A stretch of DNA of 64,000 bases from assembly GCA_965228855.1 (NCBI GenBank), contig CBDDIJ010000005.1:1472001-1536000 (forward strand), given 5' to 3'. Of this stretch, positions 1 through 10,733 are shown one piece after another. The stretch's first letter is position 1; the number at the start of each line of letters is the position of its first letter. The notes under the pieces are model-generated. The model made no database searches, had not been told where the DNA came from, and saw only the letters and a program-made list of their open reading frames with translations. Source of the DNA: Candidatus Obscuribacterales bacterium. GTDB taxonomy: Bacteria; Cyanobacteriota; Vampirovibrionia; Obscuribacterales; Obscuribacteraceae. The position numbers and the translations under genes were made by a program.

Positions 1-121
1 CTCATTCATGCAGGAATCCGATTGCGAAGGCGGGATATGTTCGCTCAACTGGACGCCGGGGACGCGGCATTAGACCGACGCCTGGAACGCAAGCACTGGA
101 ACGCTACCCTGAACCCCTGAG

Positions 122-3100
122 CTAGTCGTTATCGCCAGCTGGAAATTCATCATCACGGTTAAGCATCGTATAAATCGTCGGAACAACGATCAATGTAAGT
201 GCCGTCGCCGTCACCAATCCACCGAGAACAACTGTCGCAAGTGGTCTTTGCACCTCCGCACCGGTGCCGTTCGAAAAAATCTTCGGCAACAAACCCATAA
301 TCGCGACTAACGCGGTCATCGCAACCGGACGCAGTCGAACTTTCGCGCCTTCGATGGCCGCGTGCTTAACGCGAAGACCACGCTGTTGCAATTGCATAAT
401 GTAGCTCACCATAATCACACCGTTTTGAACGGCAACACCGAATAAAGCGATGAAACCGATAATCGCTGGAACCGACAAAGGTTGCCGCGAGAGGAACAAT
501 GCAACGATGCCACCGACCATGGCGAACGGCACGTTCAACATAATCAATCCAGCATTTTTCAGCGAGTTGAATGAAGCGAAAAGCAATATGAATATGAGCA
601 ATAAAACCACGGGAACAACGATGGCAAGCCGCTGCATAGCACGCTGTTGATTCTCGAATTGCCCCCCCCAAACAATCTGATAGCCCTTCGGAATTTTAAC
701 CTTACCCTTTATTTTCGCCTGACACTCCTCTACGAAACCGCCCAGGTCCCGTCCGCGTACATTAGCTAAAACAGCCGTTCTTCGTTGTCCATCTTCGCGG
801 TTGATCATAACGGTGCCTCGCGGTTTACTAATGGTCGCGAGACTCTTTAAGGGAATACGAGCACCATCGGAGGTTTCAATCGGAATAGATTCGATGTCGG
901 AAACTTCGTCGCGCAAACTGTACGGGAAGCGCACCAGAAGTCCGAAGCGCTTAGTGCCTTCAAGAACCTCTGTGACAATTTTTCCGGCAAGAGCGGTTTG
1001 CATAATGTCTTGAATATCGGCGACGTTTAAGCCATACCGCGAAATATTGTCGCGGTTAAGTTTGATATTTAACTGCGGCAGACCCAAAATCTGTTCTCGC
1101 TGAATATCTGCAGCTCCCGGTACTTCGGAAACGATTGCTTCGATTTCAGCAGCAATTTTGTCGATTGTCTCGAGATCTTCTCCAAAAATTTTGATTCCAA
1201 GGTCCGCTTTAATACCGGCAATCAGGTCATCGATCATGTCGCCGATAGGCTGCGAGAAAGAGTATTTCAAACCCGGGATTTCATCGAGTTCTTTAGCCAT
1301 TGAATTGACGAGCTCTTCCTTAGTTTTAGCTTTCCAGTGCTCTTTGGCTTTCAAACTAATGAAGATGTCTGCGTTATCAACGCCCTCGAGGTCACCGCCC
1401 ATACCGGATCTACCGATCTTGGTTACGACGGTATCAACTTCCGGAAATTTCACCATGGACTGTTCTACTATCGTGTTGATGCGCTGCGATTCAATGTGAG
1501 AAACACTCGGAGCTTGCTTGGTACGGAGCAAAATACTCCCTTCATCGAGCGTAGGAATAAATTCGGAACCCAGGAACGGAATCAGGCATAGGCTGGCAGC
1601 CAGACAGGCGACACAAATGCCGATAGTCCTCTTCGGATGCTTTAGCGCCAGGTAGAGACCGGGATTCGATACTTTCTTGAAAGCGGTAACAATCGGACTG
1701 TGCTTCTCGACGATTTGCCCGCGCATAAACCAGAAACAAAGCAGTGGTATCAATAGGAGTGCACAGAGCAGCGCACCAATCAATGCGTAAATGAACGTGA
1801 GAGCAAGCGGATGGAACATCTTGCCCTCCACGCCCTCAAGTGTGAATAGAGGAAGATACACTGCGATGATGATCGCAATTGCAAAAACGATCGGGCGCCC
1901 AACTTCTTGAGCAGCATTGAGAACAATATTCCATCGCTCTTTCGGAGGTTTGCCGTGAGCGGACGCTTCGGCAAGATGCCTGAAAATATTTTCGACCATA
2001 ACAACGCCGGCATCAACCACAACGCCGAAATCAACAGCCCCAAGCGTCATGAGGTTAGCGGACAAGCCGGTAAACTTCATCAACACGAAGCTGAATAGAA
2101 GAGAGAGCGGAATAATCACAGACACGATCAAAGCGCTGGGAATGTGCAGCAAAACCGCGAATAACACAACGATTACGAGCCCGCCGCTGAACAGCAGAAT
2201 TTCTTTTACGGTCTCAATCGTTTTATCTACTAACTCGGTCTGGTCATAGTAAGGATGAAGGGTGACGCCCTCCGGCAAGTCAGGCTGAATCTCGGCGATT
2301 CGCTTCTTAACTTCCTCAACTACCGCTTTGGTGTTGACGCCTTTTCGCGTAAGCACCATTCCGGTCACGACTTCGCCTTTGCCGTTCATCGAAGCGGAAC
2401 CACGCCTGAATGCAGGACCAATTTCGACTCGCGCGACCTTACCAACCTTTACCGGTATACCGTTTACTTCTTTGAGAACAATGTTCTCGATATCTTTGAT
2501 GCCTTCAATCAGCCCCAAACCGCGGATGATGACTTCTTCTCCGCCCTGCACTATGAAGTTGCCGCCCGCGTTGACGTTGTTATCCGCCAGTGACTTATTC
2601 ACATCAATAAGGCTCAAACCGTAGGATTTAAGCGCCTGCGGCGACACGTAGACCTGATACTGTTTTACGAAACCGCCATAACTGACAATGTTTCCAACTC
2701 CGTGTACGGCTCGCAAACGCCGCGCTACATACCAATCTTGAATGGTACGCAGTTCAGTAAAATCGTGACGGTCGCTGACCATGTAATAGTCGTAGACGTT
2801 GCTGAACGTTGATACCACCGGACCGAGAACCGGTCGCGGTGAGCCTGCCGGAAGTTCAATCGTCCCCAACCGTTCATTGACTACATTTCGAGCCCAATAA
2901 ACATCGGTGCTGTCTTCAAAAATAACCGTAACAACCGACAGCCCAAAACTAGAGTTGCTGCGAATCTTGGTGATGTTAGGCAAGCCGTTCATTCCCGTTT
3001 CGATTGGAAACGTGATCAGCTTCTCGACTTCTTCGGTCGCCATGCTCTCAGGCTCTGTGATGACTTGAACCTGAACGTTACTCACATCCGGAAACGAGTC

Positions 3101-3208
3101 GATGCGGATGTTCAGCATCGACCAGATGCCCAAACAAGCGATACCAACCACCGCTGCAGCGGTCAGGAGCCGGTTTGTCAAAGCGAATTTAATTAGCTTC
3201 TCAATCAT
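122..3208 (-). CDS. CusA/CzcA family heavy-metal efflux RND transporter
   Basis: 1028 aa, RND topology; N-terminal IDSFPDVSNVQVQV, TM4 motif GAVDFGVVVDAGVVMVEN, C-terminal RLRPVAMTA...EVQRPLATVVLGG. Confidence 0.93.
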   Translation of the reverse strand: MIEKLIKFALTNRLLTAAAVVGIACLGIWSMLNIRIDSFPDVSNVQVQVITEPESMATEEVEKLITFPIETGMNGLPNITKIRSNSSFGLSVVTVIFEDSTDVYWARNVVNERLGTIELPAGSPRPVLGPVVSTFSNVYDYYMVSDRHDFTELRTIQDWYVARRLRAVHGVGNIVSYGGFVKQYQVYVSPQALKSYGLSLIDVNKSLADNNVNAGGNFIVQGGEEVIIRGLGLIEGIKDIENIVLKEVNGIPVKVGKVARVEIGPAFRRGSASMNGKGEVVTGMVLTRKGVNTKAVVEEVKKRIAEIQPDLPEGVTLHPYYDQTELVDKTIETVKEILLFSGGLVIVVLFAVLLHIPSALIVSVIIPLSLLFSFVLMKFTGLSANLMTLGAVDFGVVVDAGVVMVENIFRHLAEASAHGKPPKERWNIVLNAAQEVGRPIVFAIAIIIAVYLPLFTLEGVEGKMFHPLALTFIYALIGALLCALLLIPLLCFWFMRGQIVEKHSPIVTAFKKVSNPGLYLALKHPKRTIGICVACLAASLCLIPFLGSEFIPTLDEGSILLRTKQAPSVSHIESQRINTIVEQSMVKFPEVDTVVTKIGRSGMGGDLEGVDNADIFISLKAKEHWKAKTKEELVNSMAKELDEIPGLKYSFSQPIGDMIDDLIAGIKADLGIKIFGEDLETIDKIAAEIEAIVSEVPGAADIQREQILGLPQLNIKLNRDNISRYGLNVADIQDIMQTALAGKIVTEVLEGTKRFGLLVRFPYSLRDEVSDIESIPIETSDGARIPLKSLATISKPRGTVMINREDGQRRTAVLANVRGRDLGGFVEECQAKIKGKVKIPKGYQIVWGGQFENQQRAMQRLAIVVPVVLLLIFILLFASFNSLKNAGLIMLNVPFAMVGGIVALFLSRQPLSVPAIIGFIALFGVAVQNGVIMVSYIMQLQQRGLRVKHAAIEGAKVRLRPVAMTALVAIMGLLPKIFSNGTGAEVQRPLATVVLGGLVTATALTLIVVPTIYTMLNRDDEFPAGDND

Positions 3209-3241
3209 AAGCTGCTAAAGCCTTTCAGGAGCGCGCCGTAT

Positions 3242-4681
3242 TTACTCGTTCGATGAAGCGAAAGTAATCTCGTTCTTGAGCATTAAGCTTCCCTGGGTGG
3301 CAACAACGTCACCGTCCTTAAGTCCGGAAACGATCTCAGTGAATTTGTCGCCCTCAATCCCCGTCTTGATCTGTCTTTCAACAAAACCATCGTTTGTTTT
3401 CACGAACACAATCTTTTGCTCGCCGTGTTGTTGAATTGCATCTTTCGGGCAGGCAAGAACCTTTTGCGGACTGCCTTCAAGGAAAATTTCGGCGAACATG
3501 AACTTTTTCAAGCGCCCGTGAGGATTGGCCAGACGCGCTCTGGTGGATATAGTGCGAGTCTCCGCGTGAACGCCCACTCCCATATAGTCGACCGTGCCGA
3601 GGAAGACTTCATCCGGATAGCTTGGAACCTTCACTCGGACCTGGTCTCCCAGCTTGACCTTCGGAAGGTCGATCTCAGGCAAATCCGCTTGAATCAAAAC
3701 AGTCGACATATCGGAAACAGTGAACAAAATCGTCGACGGCTGCACGACTTGTCCGACCGCAACATCGCGGAAGGAAACAATCCCGCCTATCGGGGCATGT
3801 ATATTGATAGTTCCGCTTATCTGACCATCATGAGTTACGTCATCAAGCATCTCTTTATCAACACCAAGGAACGTCAAACGCTGCATCAAAGTGTTGATAT
3901 GATTTCGTATCCGATCCGCTTCCGCCTGAGCGAGCTGATAGTCTCGCTTAAGCATTGAACGGTTTTGATAAAGATGTTCTTCGCGCTTCAAGTTTGATTG
4001 AGCTTCTTCAAATTGCGTGTTGGCTTGAGCCAGTTTCGCCTGCGCCGCCATGTAGTCTTTGGCGGCTACGATTTTCTCGGCATTGAGCTCCTTGGCGCGT
4101 TTGAATTCCGTTTCGTACAGATCCTTATTAACTCTGGCCTCATTGAAAAGCGCTCGGGCTCTAATCAATGTTGCTGGGCGCCGAATCAACTCCTCGTAAA
4201 TTTGACGCTCACGCTCTTCTTGCAATGCGGCAATTCTGAGCTTGGAGCGCGACTCTAAAAGATCAGACTCGAGGTCGCTGACTTCAGAGCTATCGAGCTC
4301 GGCTATCACAGCGCCTTTCGCGACGGTCTGCCCGGGTGAGACATTGATCAATGTGATTCTTCCGGCGATACGCGTCGAAATATTCACGTCCTTGTGCACG
4401 TCCGGTTCTATGCGTCCGGTTAGATGCAACGGCACGGTGACAGGCTTTTTAGAAACCGTTTCCGTCTTCAAATCAATCTTGGTCAATGCTTCGTCAGACA
4501 GCTTGAGCACACGCGGCCCCGCCGTCGGTGCCTTTGCATCGGCATCATCTGTTTTTGGAGCTTCACCGCAGCCGGTGAGGCTAAGGGCGATCGTGCCAAC
4601 GAGAAAAACCGTTGCGCACCTTGACACTAAACTACCGAAATTACGGCGTGCGTCGCTATGCTGTGTTGCGGCTATATTCAT
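3242..4681 (-). CDS. RND efflux periplasmic adaptor (CzcB/CusB-like MFP), probable lipoprotein
   Basis: Lipobox-like LSLTGC, lipoyl halves (ISTRIAGRI, IHAPIGGIV), long alpha-hairpin; directly upstream of the RND gene; start codon uncertain. Confidence 0.9.
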   Translation of the reverse strand: MNIAATQHSDARRNFGSLVSRCATVFLVGTIALSLTGCGEAPKTDDADAKAPTAGPRVLKLSDEALTKIDLKTETVSKKPVTVPLHLTGRIEPDVHKDVNISTRIAGRITLINVSPGQTVAKGAVIAELDSSEVSDLESDLLESRSKLRIAALQEERERQIYEELIRRPATLIRARALFNEARVNKDLYETEFKRAKELNAEKIVAAKDYMAAQAKLAQANTQFEEAQSNLKREEHLYQNRSMLKRDYQLAQAEADRIRNHINTLMQRLTFLGVDKEMLDDVTHDGQISGTINIHAPIGGIVSFRDVAVGQVVQPSTILFTVSDMSTVLIQADLPEIDLPKVKLGDQVRVKVPSYPDEVFLGTVDYMGVGVHAETRTISTRARLANPHGRLKKFMFAEIFLEGSPQKVLACPKDAIQQHGEQKIVFVKTNDGFVERQIKTGIEGDKFTEIVSGLKDGDVVATQGSLMLKNEITFASSNE

Positions 4682-4813
4682 TTTTTCGGCGAACTTCTGT
4701 TTCCGGGTTCTCTTAACTAAAGCTCAGAAAACCCCCTTCTCTCAAGTACAGAATACACGATCAGAATGCTCTGTCGCTCAACAGATCACACAATTATTAC
4801 GGCCGCGTGATCC

Positions 4814-7189
4814 CTACATCTGGGTCGCGATGCGGGTACGCCGCACCGTTTCCGGCATGGTGCGCTCTTCTAGCAGTATCGTATTGGATGCAGTCGCGTA
4901 CCTTGTGCTTGTATTAGAATCGCTTCCATTTTCAATAGCATCTTGCGCGGAACTGGCGATCATTGTGTTTCGCGCCTGATTAGAGGAAGGCGAAACCGTG
5001 CTGTAAGTTGTACGCTGATACGTGCGATTGTATCCGTTCTGATCATAACTATTTTGAATCGAATCATTTTTTGCGATCATACTTTCGCGCAGTCGCTTGA
5101 CCGCTTGAAGTTTCTGCAAATCGTAGGCGCGGGCGATGCCCTTCTGCTCTATGGTTACAAGGTCGCCGAGGTTGTTAACTTGTGCGGCCAAACGCGCGCT
5201 GTTGTACTGGAAACCGTCAACCGTTTGATCGATAGCCTCGTGGAACAACTGATTGTCAGCGTATTTTGTCACTTCACTCTGCAGTTCGGTGGCAGGTTTG
5301 GCAAACGCGACGCTTTCAGGTTTGCGGTTTTTCAATAGCGGTGACATGTAATCGTGCCAGATCTTCGCCATTACGACGCCGCCTGTGACGCGAGTTCCGC
5401 GAACGGCCTTGTGTTTGTCGTTACCAGCCCAGACCGCCGTGACGATATCAGGGGTGGTGCCGACGAACCAGATATCCTTGGAGTCGTTAGCGGTTCCTGT
5501 CTTGCCGGCAACAGCAACTCCCGGGATGCGAGCCCGAGTTCCAGTGCCGCACCGTACCACATCCTCGAGTGCGCCTAGCAACTGAAGTGTTGGCTCGGTC
5601 GGTAGATTCGCACTGGGAGTAGCTTTATAAACACGCGCTTCGAGTCCTTTTTCGGTTTCGATCTTGCGAATAAACTGCGGTGCCATGTATGTTCCGCCGC
5701 GAGCGATGGTTGCATAGGCGGTCGCCATGTCGAGCGGTGAGATAGCACAGCAGCCTAACGCAAGAGCGGGATACGCATCAAGCTGAGAACGCACACCGGC
5801 ATTTCTCGCCATTTCGATGACCTGAGGAAGACCGGCGGCTTGAGCTACTCTTACCGCACATATATTTCGTGAGGTTGCCAGCGCAGTCCTCGCAGGCAGC
5901 CAGCCTTTAAACCGTCCGTCGAAATTCTTGGGCTCGTATGGCTTCGATGGTGGCTGCTCAATCACAAGCGGCGCATCATTGATCAGGGTGTCAGGTTGAA
6001 TAATTCCCTGATTGAGGGCTGCGAGATAAACGAATGGTTTGAAAGAGGAACCGGCAGTGTGAGGTTTTATCGCTCGATTCCACTGAATGTCTTCATAATT
6101 GCCGGCACCGCCGACGATGGCAAATACCGAGCCGTCCTTCACGGACATAGAAACTAGAGCGCCCTGGTCGATGCCTTTAGGGGCAGTCTTTATGCCTTTA
6201 TTGATGGTCGCTTCAGCAAGTTTCTGAGCGTTGACATCCAGGTTGGTGTATACCCTCCAGCCCTTCTGCCACAGGTCCGAGCCCAGCTCACGCTTTAACT
6301 CTTGCTCGACGCATCCGATATAGTGGGGCCACGGGCGAGAGAGCGGACCGCGTGCAAAAGCCAACTTCTCGCTCATTGCGCGTCGTTTTGAGTCAGGTGT
6401 TAAATAGCCATACTCGGCCATTTTGGCTATCACATCCTGCTGCCTTTTTAGAGCAATTTTCTTGTTTTTCGACTTTGTCAAATCCGTCGGAGCTTTTACA
6501 AGTCCAGCAAGATAGGCTGACTCAGCGACGTCCAGCTGGCTCGCGTGCTTATCGAAGTAGTGCTGAGCGGCGCGCTCGACACCACATACGCCACCACCGA
6601 AGTAAGCGACGTTGAGATACGTCTCCAGGATTTTGTTCTTTGAATATCTTGAGTTAACATCCCAGGCTATGAATGCTTCCTTCACTTTCCTAGTATACGA
6701 GCGCTCCTTCGGGTCTAGAAACAAATTCTTTACAAGCTGCTGGGTAATAGTAGAGCCGCCTTCGACAATCCGACCTGCTGCATGGTTTCTCCAACAAGCA
6801 CGAGCGATGCCGATTGGGTCGACACCGTGGTGCTCGTAAAAGCGCCGATCCTCGGCGGAAATAATTGCATCACGCATGTTCTTAGAGATTTTGTCCAGCG
6901 GAACAGCCTGACGGTCAGCTTCGGCTCGCAGCGTACAGACGTATTTATCGTGGCAGTCGTAAATCGTCACTCCGCGATTCAACTCTGCCAGTGTCGGAAG
7001 CGTTCCATCAGGTAGATGAAGATTACTCCGCACCTGGAAAAAAGTGAGGACTGCGCCAGTGATAAGTGTCACTGCAAACAGTCCCCACCATAGTTGCGGC
7101 TGCGCCTTTCTCAGCGCGAAGCCAATAGTCGTGAGCTTTTCGTTGTTGTCTCGACTAGTTGAGGTCGAGCGCTGGGTCACGCCTTTCAA
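4814..7189 (-). CDS. Class A penicillin-binding protein (PBP1A family)
   Basis: Transglycosylase motifs AEDRRFYEHHGVD, GGSTITQQLVKN; transpeptidase SSFK, SRN, KTG; TTG start 7 nt after AAGGAG. Confidence 0.93.
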   Translation of the reverse strand: MKGVTQRSTSTSRDNNEKLTTIGFALRKAQPQLWWGLFAVTLITGAVLTFFQVRSNLHLPDGTLPTLAELNRGVTIYDCHDKYVCTLRAEADRQAVPLDKISKNMRDAIISAEDRRFYEHHGVDPIGIARACWRNHAAGRIVEGGSTITQQLVKNLFLDPKERSYTRKVKEAFIAWDVNSRYSKNKILETYLNVAYFGGGVCGVERAAQHYFDKHASQLDVAESAYLAGLVKAPTDLTKSKNKKIALKRQQDVIAKMAEYGYLTPDSKRRAMSEKLAFARGPLSRPWPHYIGCVEQELKRELGSDLWQKGWRVYTNLDVNAQKLAEATINKGIKTAPKGIDQGALVSMSVKDGSVFAIVGGAGNYEDIQWNRAIKPHTAGSSFKPFVYLAALNQGIIQPDTLINDAPLVIEQPPSKPYEPKNFDGRFKGWLPARTALATSRNICAVRVAQAAGLPQVIEMARNAGVRSQLDAYPALALGCCAISPLDMATAYATIARGGTYMAPQFIRKIETEKGLEARVYKATPSANLPTEPTLQLLGALEDVVRCGTGTRARIPGVAVAGKTGTANDSKDIWFVGTTPDIVTAVWAGNDKHKAVRGTRVTGGVVMAKIWHDYMSPLLKNRKPESVAFAKPATELQSEVTKYADNQLFHEAIDQTVDGFQYNSARLAAQVNNLGDLVTIEQKGIARAYDLQKLQAVKRLRESMIAKNDSIQNSYDQNGYNRTYQRTTYSTVSPSSNQARNTMIASSAQDAIENGSDSNTSTRYATASNTILLEERTMPETVRRTRIATQM

Positions 7190-7712
7190 TTAACGTCTCC
7201 TTATGAACGCTTTGTTCTGTCTGCTCGATAACGGTCGGTGGAGTCACAACCTTTTCTTCGACAACCTTCTTTGTTCTCTGGGCGACGTAGCGTTTCTTAG
7301 GCGCCTTTCGATGAGCAACGTGACGTGCCTTTGTCCGCTTTTTCGCTACGTATTTCTTCTTGGCCGGCGTCGACGCTTTGGTTGTTGCCTTATAGGTCTG
7401 CTTTTCAGTCCGCACCACCGCCGGTGGCGGCTGAACAACATTGGTGGTCGTTGTGGTTTCCGTGGTTGGGACAACTACCCGCTCGTGACGCTCCATGATG
7501 AGCGGTTCTTCAACTGTGTGGCTGACGTCTCCATCCGCATCCCTAATAGCACGAGAGCGCGTTACCGTTGGCTGCATCCAGCTGTCAACTACTTGTGCCG
7601 GTCCCTGCTCAACTGTTTTTTGCGTGTATGTCTCCGCATTCGCGACCTGGCAGGTAAAAGCTAGTCCAGATGCGAGGATCGCGAGCGAAAGGCCGGCAAT
7701 AATGTTTCTCAT
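7155..7712 (-). CDS. Hypothetical secreted protein with Lys/Arg-rich segment
   Basis: Signal peptide (..QVANA|ET), GGAG upstream, Thr/Val-rich then KKKYVAKKRTKARH..; overlaps the PBP start by 35 nt. Confidence 0.75.
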   Translation of the reverse strand: MRNIIAGLSLAILASGLAFTCQVANAETYTQKTVEQGPAQVVDSWMQPTVTRSRAIRDADGDVSHTVEEPLIMERHERVVVPTTETTTTTNVVQPPPAVVRTEKQTYKATTKASTPAKKKYVAKKRTKARHVAHRKAPKKRYVAQRTKKVVEEKVVTPPTVIEQTEQSVHKETLIERRDPALDLN

Positions 7713-7876
7713 CTCAACTTCTCCTATTACGTCGCATTCGCGACAATCTCAGCAATCTGATTTTCGTCTAGCACGAATTTGATGAATAAAAGTCGTAACA
7801 GTTCAAGTGACACGGGGATAGAACGTCTCATCTGGTGCTAATCTTGAGAGACTGCTTTCACCGTGAGAAAAAAAGT

Positions 7877-8176
7877 TTGCGTCTCGATAAGTGGTTAAAA
7901 GTTTCAAGATTGATCAAGCGGCGCACAGTCGCTCAAATGGCGTGCGAACAAGGTCGAGTGTTTATAAATGACCGTCCTGCCAAGTCTGCGGCGACAGTGA
8001 AAGTGGACGACGTAGTCCACCTGGAACTCGGGTCTCGCGCATTAACGATCAAAGTTCTTTTAGTGCCGGAAAAGGCGGTTCGCGCGCAAGAAGCATCCAG
8101 CACTTACGAAGTGATTGAGGAACTGAAACGCGCGCCTGAGATTCTGGAATGGCTACCGGCGGATGAGGGCTGGTGA
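7877..8176 (+). CDS. RNA-binding S4 domain protein (YabO/RqcP/Hsp15-like)
   Basis: MRLDKWLKVSRLIKRRTVAQMACEQGRVFIN..AKSA; start set at TTG 7877. Confidence 0.88.
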   Translation: MRLDKWLKVSRLIKRRTVAQMACEQGRVFINDRPAKSAATVKVDDVVHLELGSRALTIKVLLVPEKAVRAQEASSTYEVIEELKRAPEILEWLPADEGW

Positions 8177-8454
8177 CGTCCGTTCACCCAAAATATACAT
8201 ATAAGGATTAAGTTCTAAGTAGTTTGACGAAACAATCGATGGATCAAGCCCGTGATGGGGAACGATCCGATAGCAGGATCTTGAAGTCGGGAGGGAAGTC
8301 CGAATGTCAGATCTGGAGTCCAGAGCTTGTTCGTTCGCCACTCCGAGAACGCCCTAGACGGAAGGCGTGGCGAAAGAAAACCTATGCTACATAAAATTTG
8401 ACCCCTCTGATGGTCAGTTGTTTGGTTTGAACTAACTGCAGGCGAGATAAGAGC

Positions 8455-10611
8455 ATGGACAAGACAACAATCAAGTTGTTGCTGATAGAAGACAACCCAC
8501 TGGATGCGAAGCTATTCCAGAAACTTCTGGACAGGAGTTCCCGCGTGTCATACAAAGTCGAGTTTGCCGGCTCGCTTAAGGATGGGCTCGAATTTCTCGA
8601 TGAAAGTGACGAAATCGATGCAGTCGTTATAGACCTCAACTTGCCAGACTCGCAGGGTTTAGACACATTTCGAGCAGTACGCATTAATCATCCGTCAATG
8701 CCGCTTATCGTCCTGACCGCCGATGATGATGACCGCACCGCTCTCCAGGCTGTTCAAGCAGGCGCTCAGGACTACATCGTTAAAGGCGATCTGAGCCCGA
8801 TGTTCCTTGGGCGAGCGATTCGGTATGCGATTGAACGGCAAGCGAGCGAATCTCGCATTCATCAGCTCAACCAGGACCTAGAAAAGAGAGTGATAGATCT
8901 CGCAGCCGCCAACAAACGCCTGGACGCGCTGTCTCACACCCTGTCCCTCGCTCGCGACCAGGCCGTTCAAGCAGCGGCCTACAAATCCGAGTTTGTCGCG
9001 AAGATGAGCCACGAGATTAGAACACCGATTGCGGCAGTTCTTGGAACAATCGATTTGTTGAAAACAACCCCTCTTAATGAAGAGCAGAAGGATCTCGCCG
9101 ACATTATCAACGCGTCGGCGGAGAGCCTGCTCAGCTCGGTAACAGATGTCTTGGACTACTCGAAGCTGGAGTCCGGACAAATAGAGTTAGACATAAAAGA
9201 CTTTTCTCCGGTGAAACTGATTGAAGGCACCGCCGATTTAGTCCTGCCTGCTGCCACAAAGAAAGGCTTGAGCGTTATGTCGTTCATCGACCCGTACATC
9301 CCTGAGATGCTGCAGGGTGACCCGGTTCGCATCCGGCAGGTGTTGTTGAATCTGCTCGGCAATGCAATCAAGTTTACGAAGAAAGGCGAGATCAGCGTCC
9401 AAGCCAGCAAAGAATCTTACGATGACCTCTCGATGCTGGTGCGCTTCTCGGTCATCGACACCGGACCAGGCTTGAGCGAAACCGAAATGGCTTCTCTGTT
9501 TCAACCCTATTCGACCTCCGGAGTGCGCAGCGATTCCGGAGAAGCTACCGGTCTGGGACTGACAATTTCCAAACGACTGGTCGAACTCATGGGCGGGCAG
9601 ATGGGCGTCGAGAGTGACGAGGGCAGAGGATCTACCTTCTGGTTCTCAATACGTTTGCGGCGCTCGACAAACAAACGTTTTCTCGAAGCACTGCCACTAC
9701 CTTCGATGGCATCCGATTTGATTGGTCTGCGAGTGCTCGTCGCCGACGACACCAAGAGCACGCGTCAAATTATTCAGGGCTATTTGAAAGCCGCACGCTT
9801 CCACACGAGTGCGGCCGCCAATGCCGAAGAAGCCCTTGAAATGCTTCGCCACGCGCGCCAGAAAGACACACCTTATGACGTAGCGATAATCGGTTTATCC
9901 AAAAAAGATGGAAGCCTGAAACTCGCTACCGAAATTCAAGACGACCCCACAGTCTCGCGTACGAGACTTATCTATTTGACAGAGTACTCGCAGACTGTAG
10001 TCAACGAAGATCTCTGGAAAAAAGGTTTCTCTTCATATCTGACAAAGCCGATCCGCCAGGCCGCGCTCATAGCCAGCATCTTCGACGTCATGTACGGAAC
10101 TCTGGACAATGAAGTCGCCGTTTCGGAAGCTGAAGACGAAGACGCTGTAATCGAGTTAGACCTGCCAAAACCCGGTCGTGAAGCGTCAAAAGCCATGTCG
10201 ATTCTGGTAGCAGAGGACAACAAATTTCTCTTGCAGGTCATGAAGCGAACCCTCAAACATCTGGGCTACTCTGTCGACCTGGCTAGCAACGGCAAAGAGG
10301 CTGTGAAGAAGCATGCGTCCAACCACTACGACCTGATCCTGATGGACTGCCAGATGCCCATCATGAGCGGCTATGAAGCGACTGTCGCCATTCGCAAAGC
10401 AGAAGACGGTAGTAAGCACACGCCAATCGTCGCCATGACAGCCAGCATTCAGAAGAGTGTTCGCGACCAGTGCTTCGAATGCGGCATGGACGATTTCCTG
10501 AGCAAGCCGGTTACGATCGAGCAACTGCAAAAGGTTCTGACGGTGGTAGCTCGCGGCTCTGAAGCCGAGTCAATAATCAAAGACGAAAAGACACCGGACG
10601 ATCGCAAGTGA
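8455..10611 (+). CDS. Cytoplasmic hybrid histidine kinase (REC-HisKA-HATPase-pseudoREC-REC)
   Basis: REC VVIDLNLPD; H-box MSHEIRTP; NLLGNAIKFT, DTGPG, TGLGL; C-terminal REC LMDCQMP; middle REC has G at the acceptor Asp position. Confidence 0.92.
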   Translation: MDKTTIKLLLIEDNPLDAKLFQKLLDRSSRVSYKVEFAGSLKDGLEFLDESDEIDAVVIDLNLPDSQGLDTFRAVRINHPSMPLIVLTADDDDRTALQAVQAGAQDYIVKGDLSPMFLGRAIRYAIERQASESRIHQLNQDLEKRVIDLAAANKRLDALSHTLSLARDQAVQAAAYKSEFVAKMSHEIRTPIAAVLGTIDLLKTTPLNEEQKDLADIINASAESLLSSVTDVLDYSKLESGQIELDIKDFSPVKLIEGTADLVLPAATKKGLSVMSFIDPYIPEMLQGDPVRIRQVLLNLLGNAIKFTKKGEISVQASKESYDDLSMLVRFSVIDTGPGLSETEMASLFQPYSTSGVRSDSGEATGLGLTISKRLVELMGGQMGVESDEGRGSTFWFSIRLRRSTNKRFLEALPLPSMASDLIGLRVLVADDTKSTRQIIQGYLKAARFHTSAAANAEEALEMLRHARQKDTPYDVAIIGLSKKDGSLKLATEIQDDPTVSRTRLIYLTEYSQTVVNEDLWKKGFSSYLTKPIRQAALIASIFDVMYGTLDNEVAVSEAEDEDAVIELDLPKPGREASKAMSILVAEDNKFLLQVMKRTLKHLGYSVDLASNGKEAVKKHASNHYDLILMDCQMPIMSGYEATVAIRKAEDGSKHTPIVAMTASIQKSVRDQCFECGMDDFLSKPVTIEQLQKVLTVVARGSEAESIIKDEKTPDDRK

Positions 10612-10651
10612 GCGCGTCGAAAACTTGCTCTTACGAGCATCTCTGCCCGGT

Positions 10652-10695
10652 CGCATGATCTGGGAACGCATGATCTAGGAACGCACGATCTGAAA
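10652..10695. repeat. ~15-bp tandem repeat x3 between convergent genes
   Basis: cgcatgatctgggaa / cgcatgatctaggaa / cgcacgatctgaaa. Confidence 0.8.
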
Positions 10696-10733
10696 CGCGC
10701 GCGTGCCTCTAGTCAGAAGAACAGCATCGCTAG

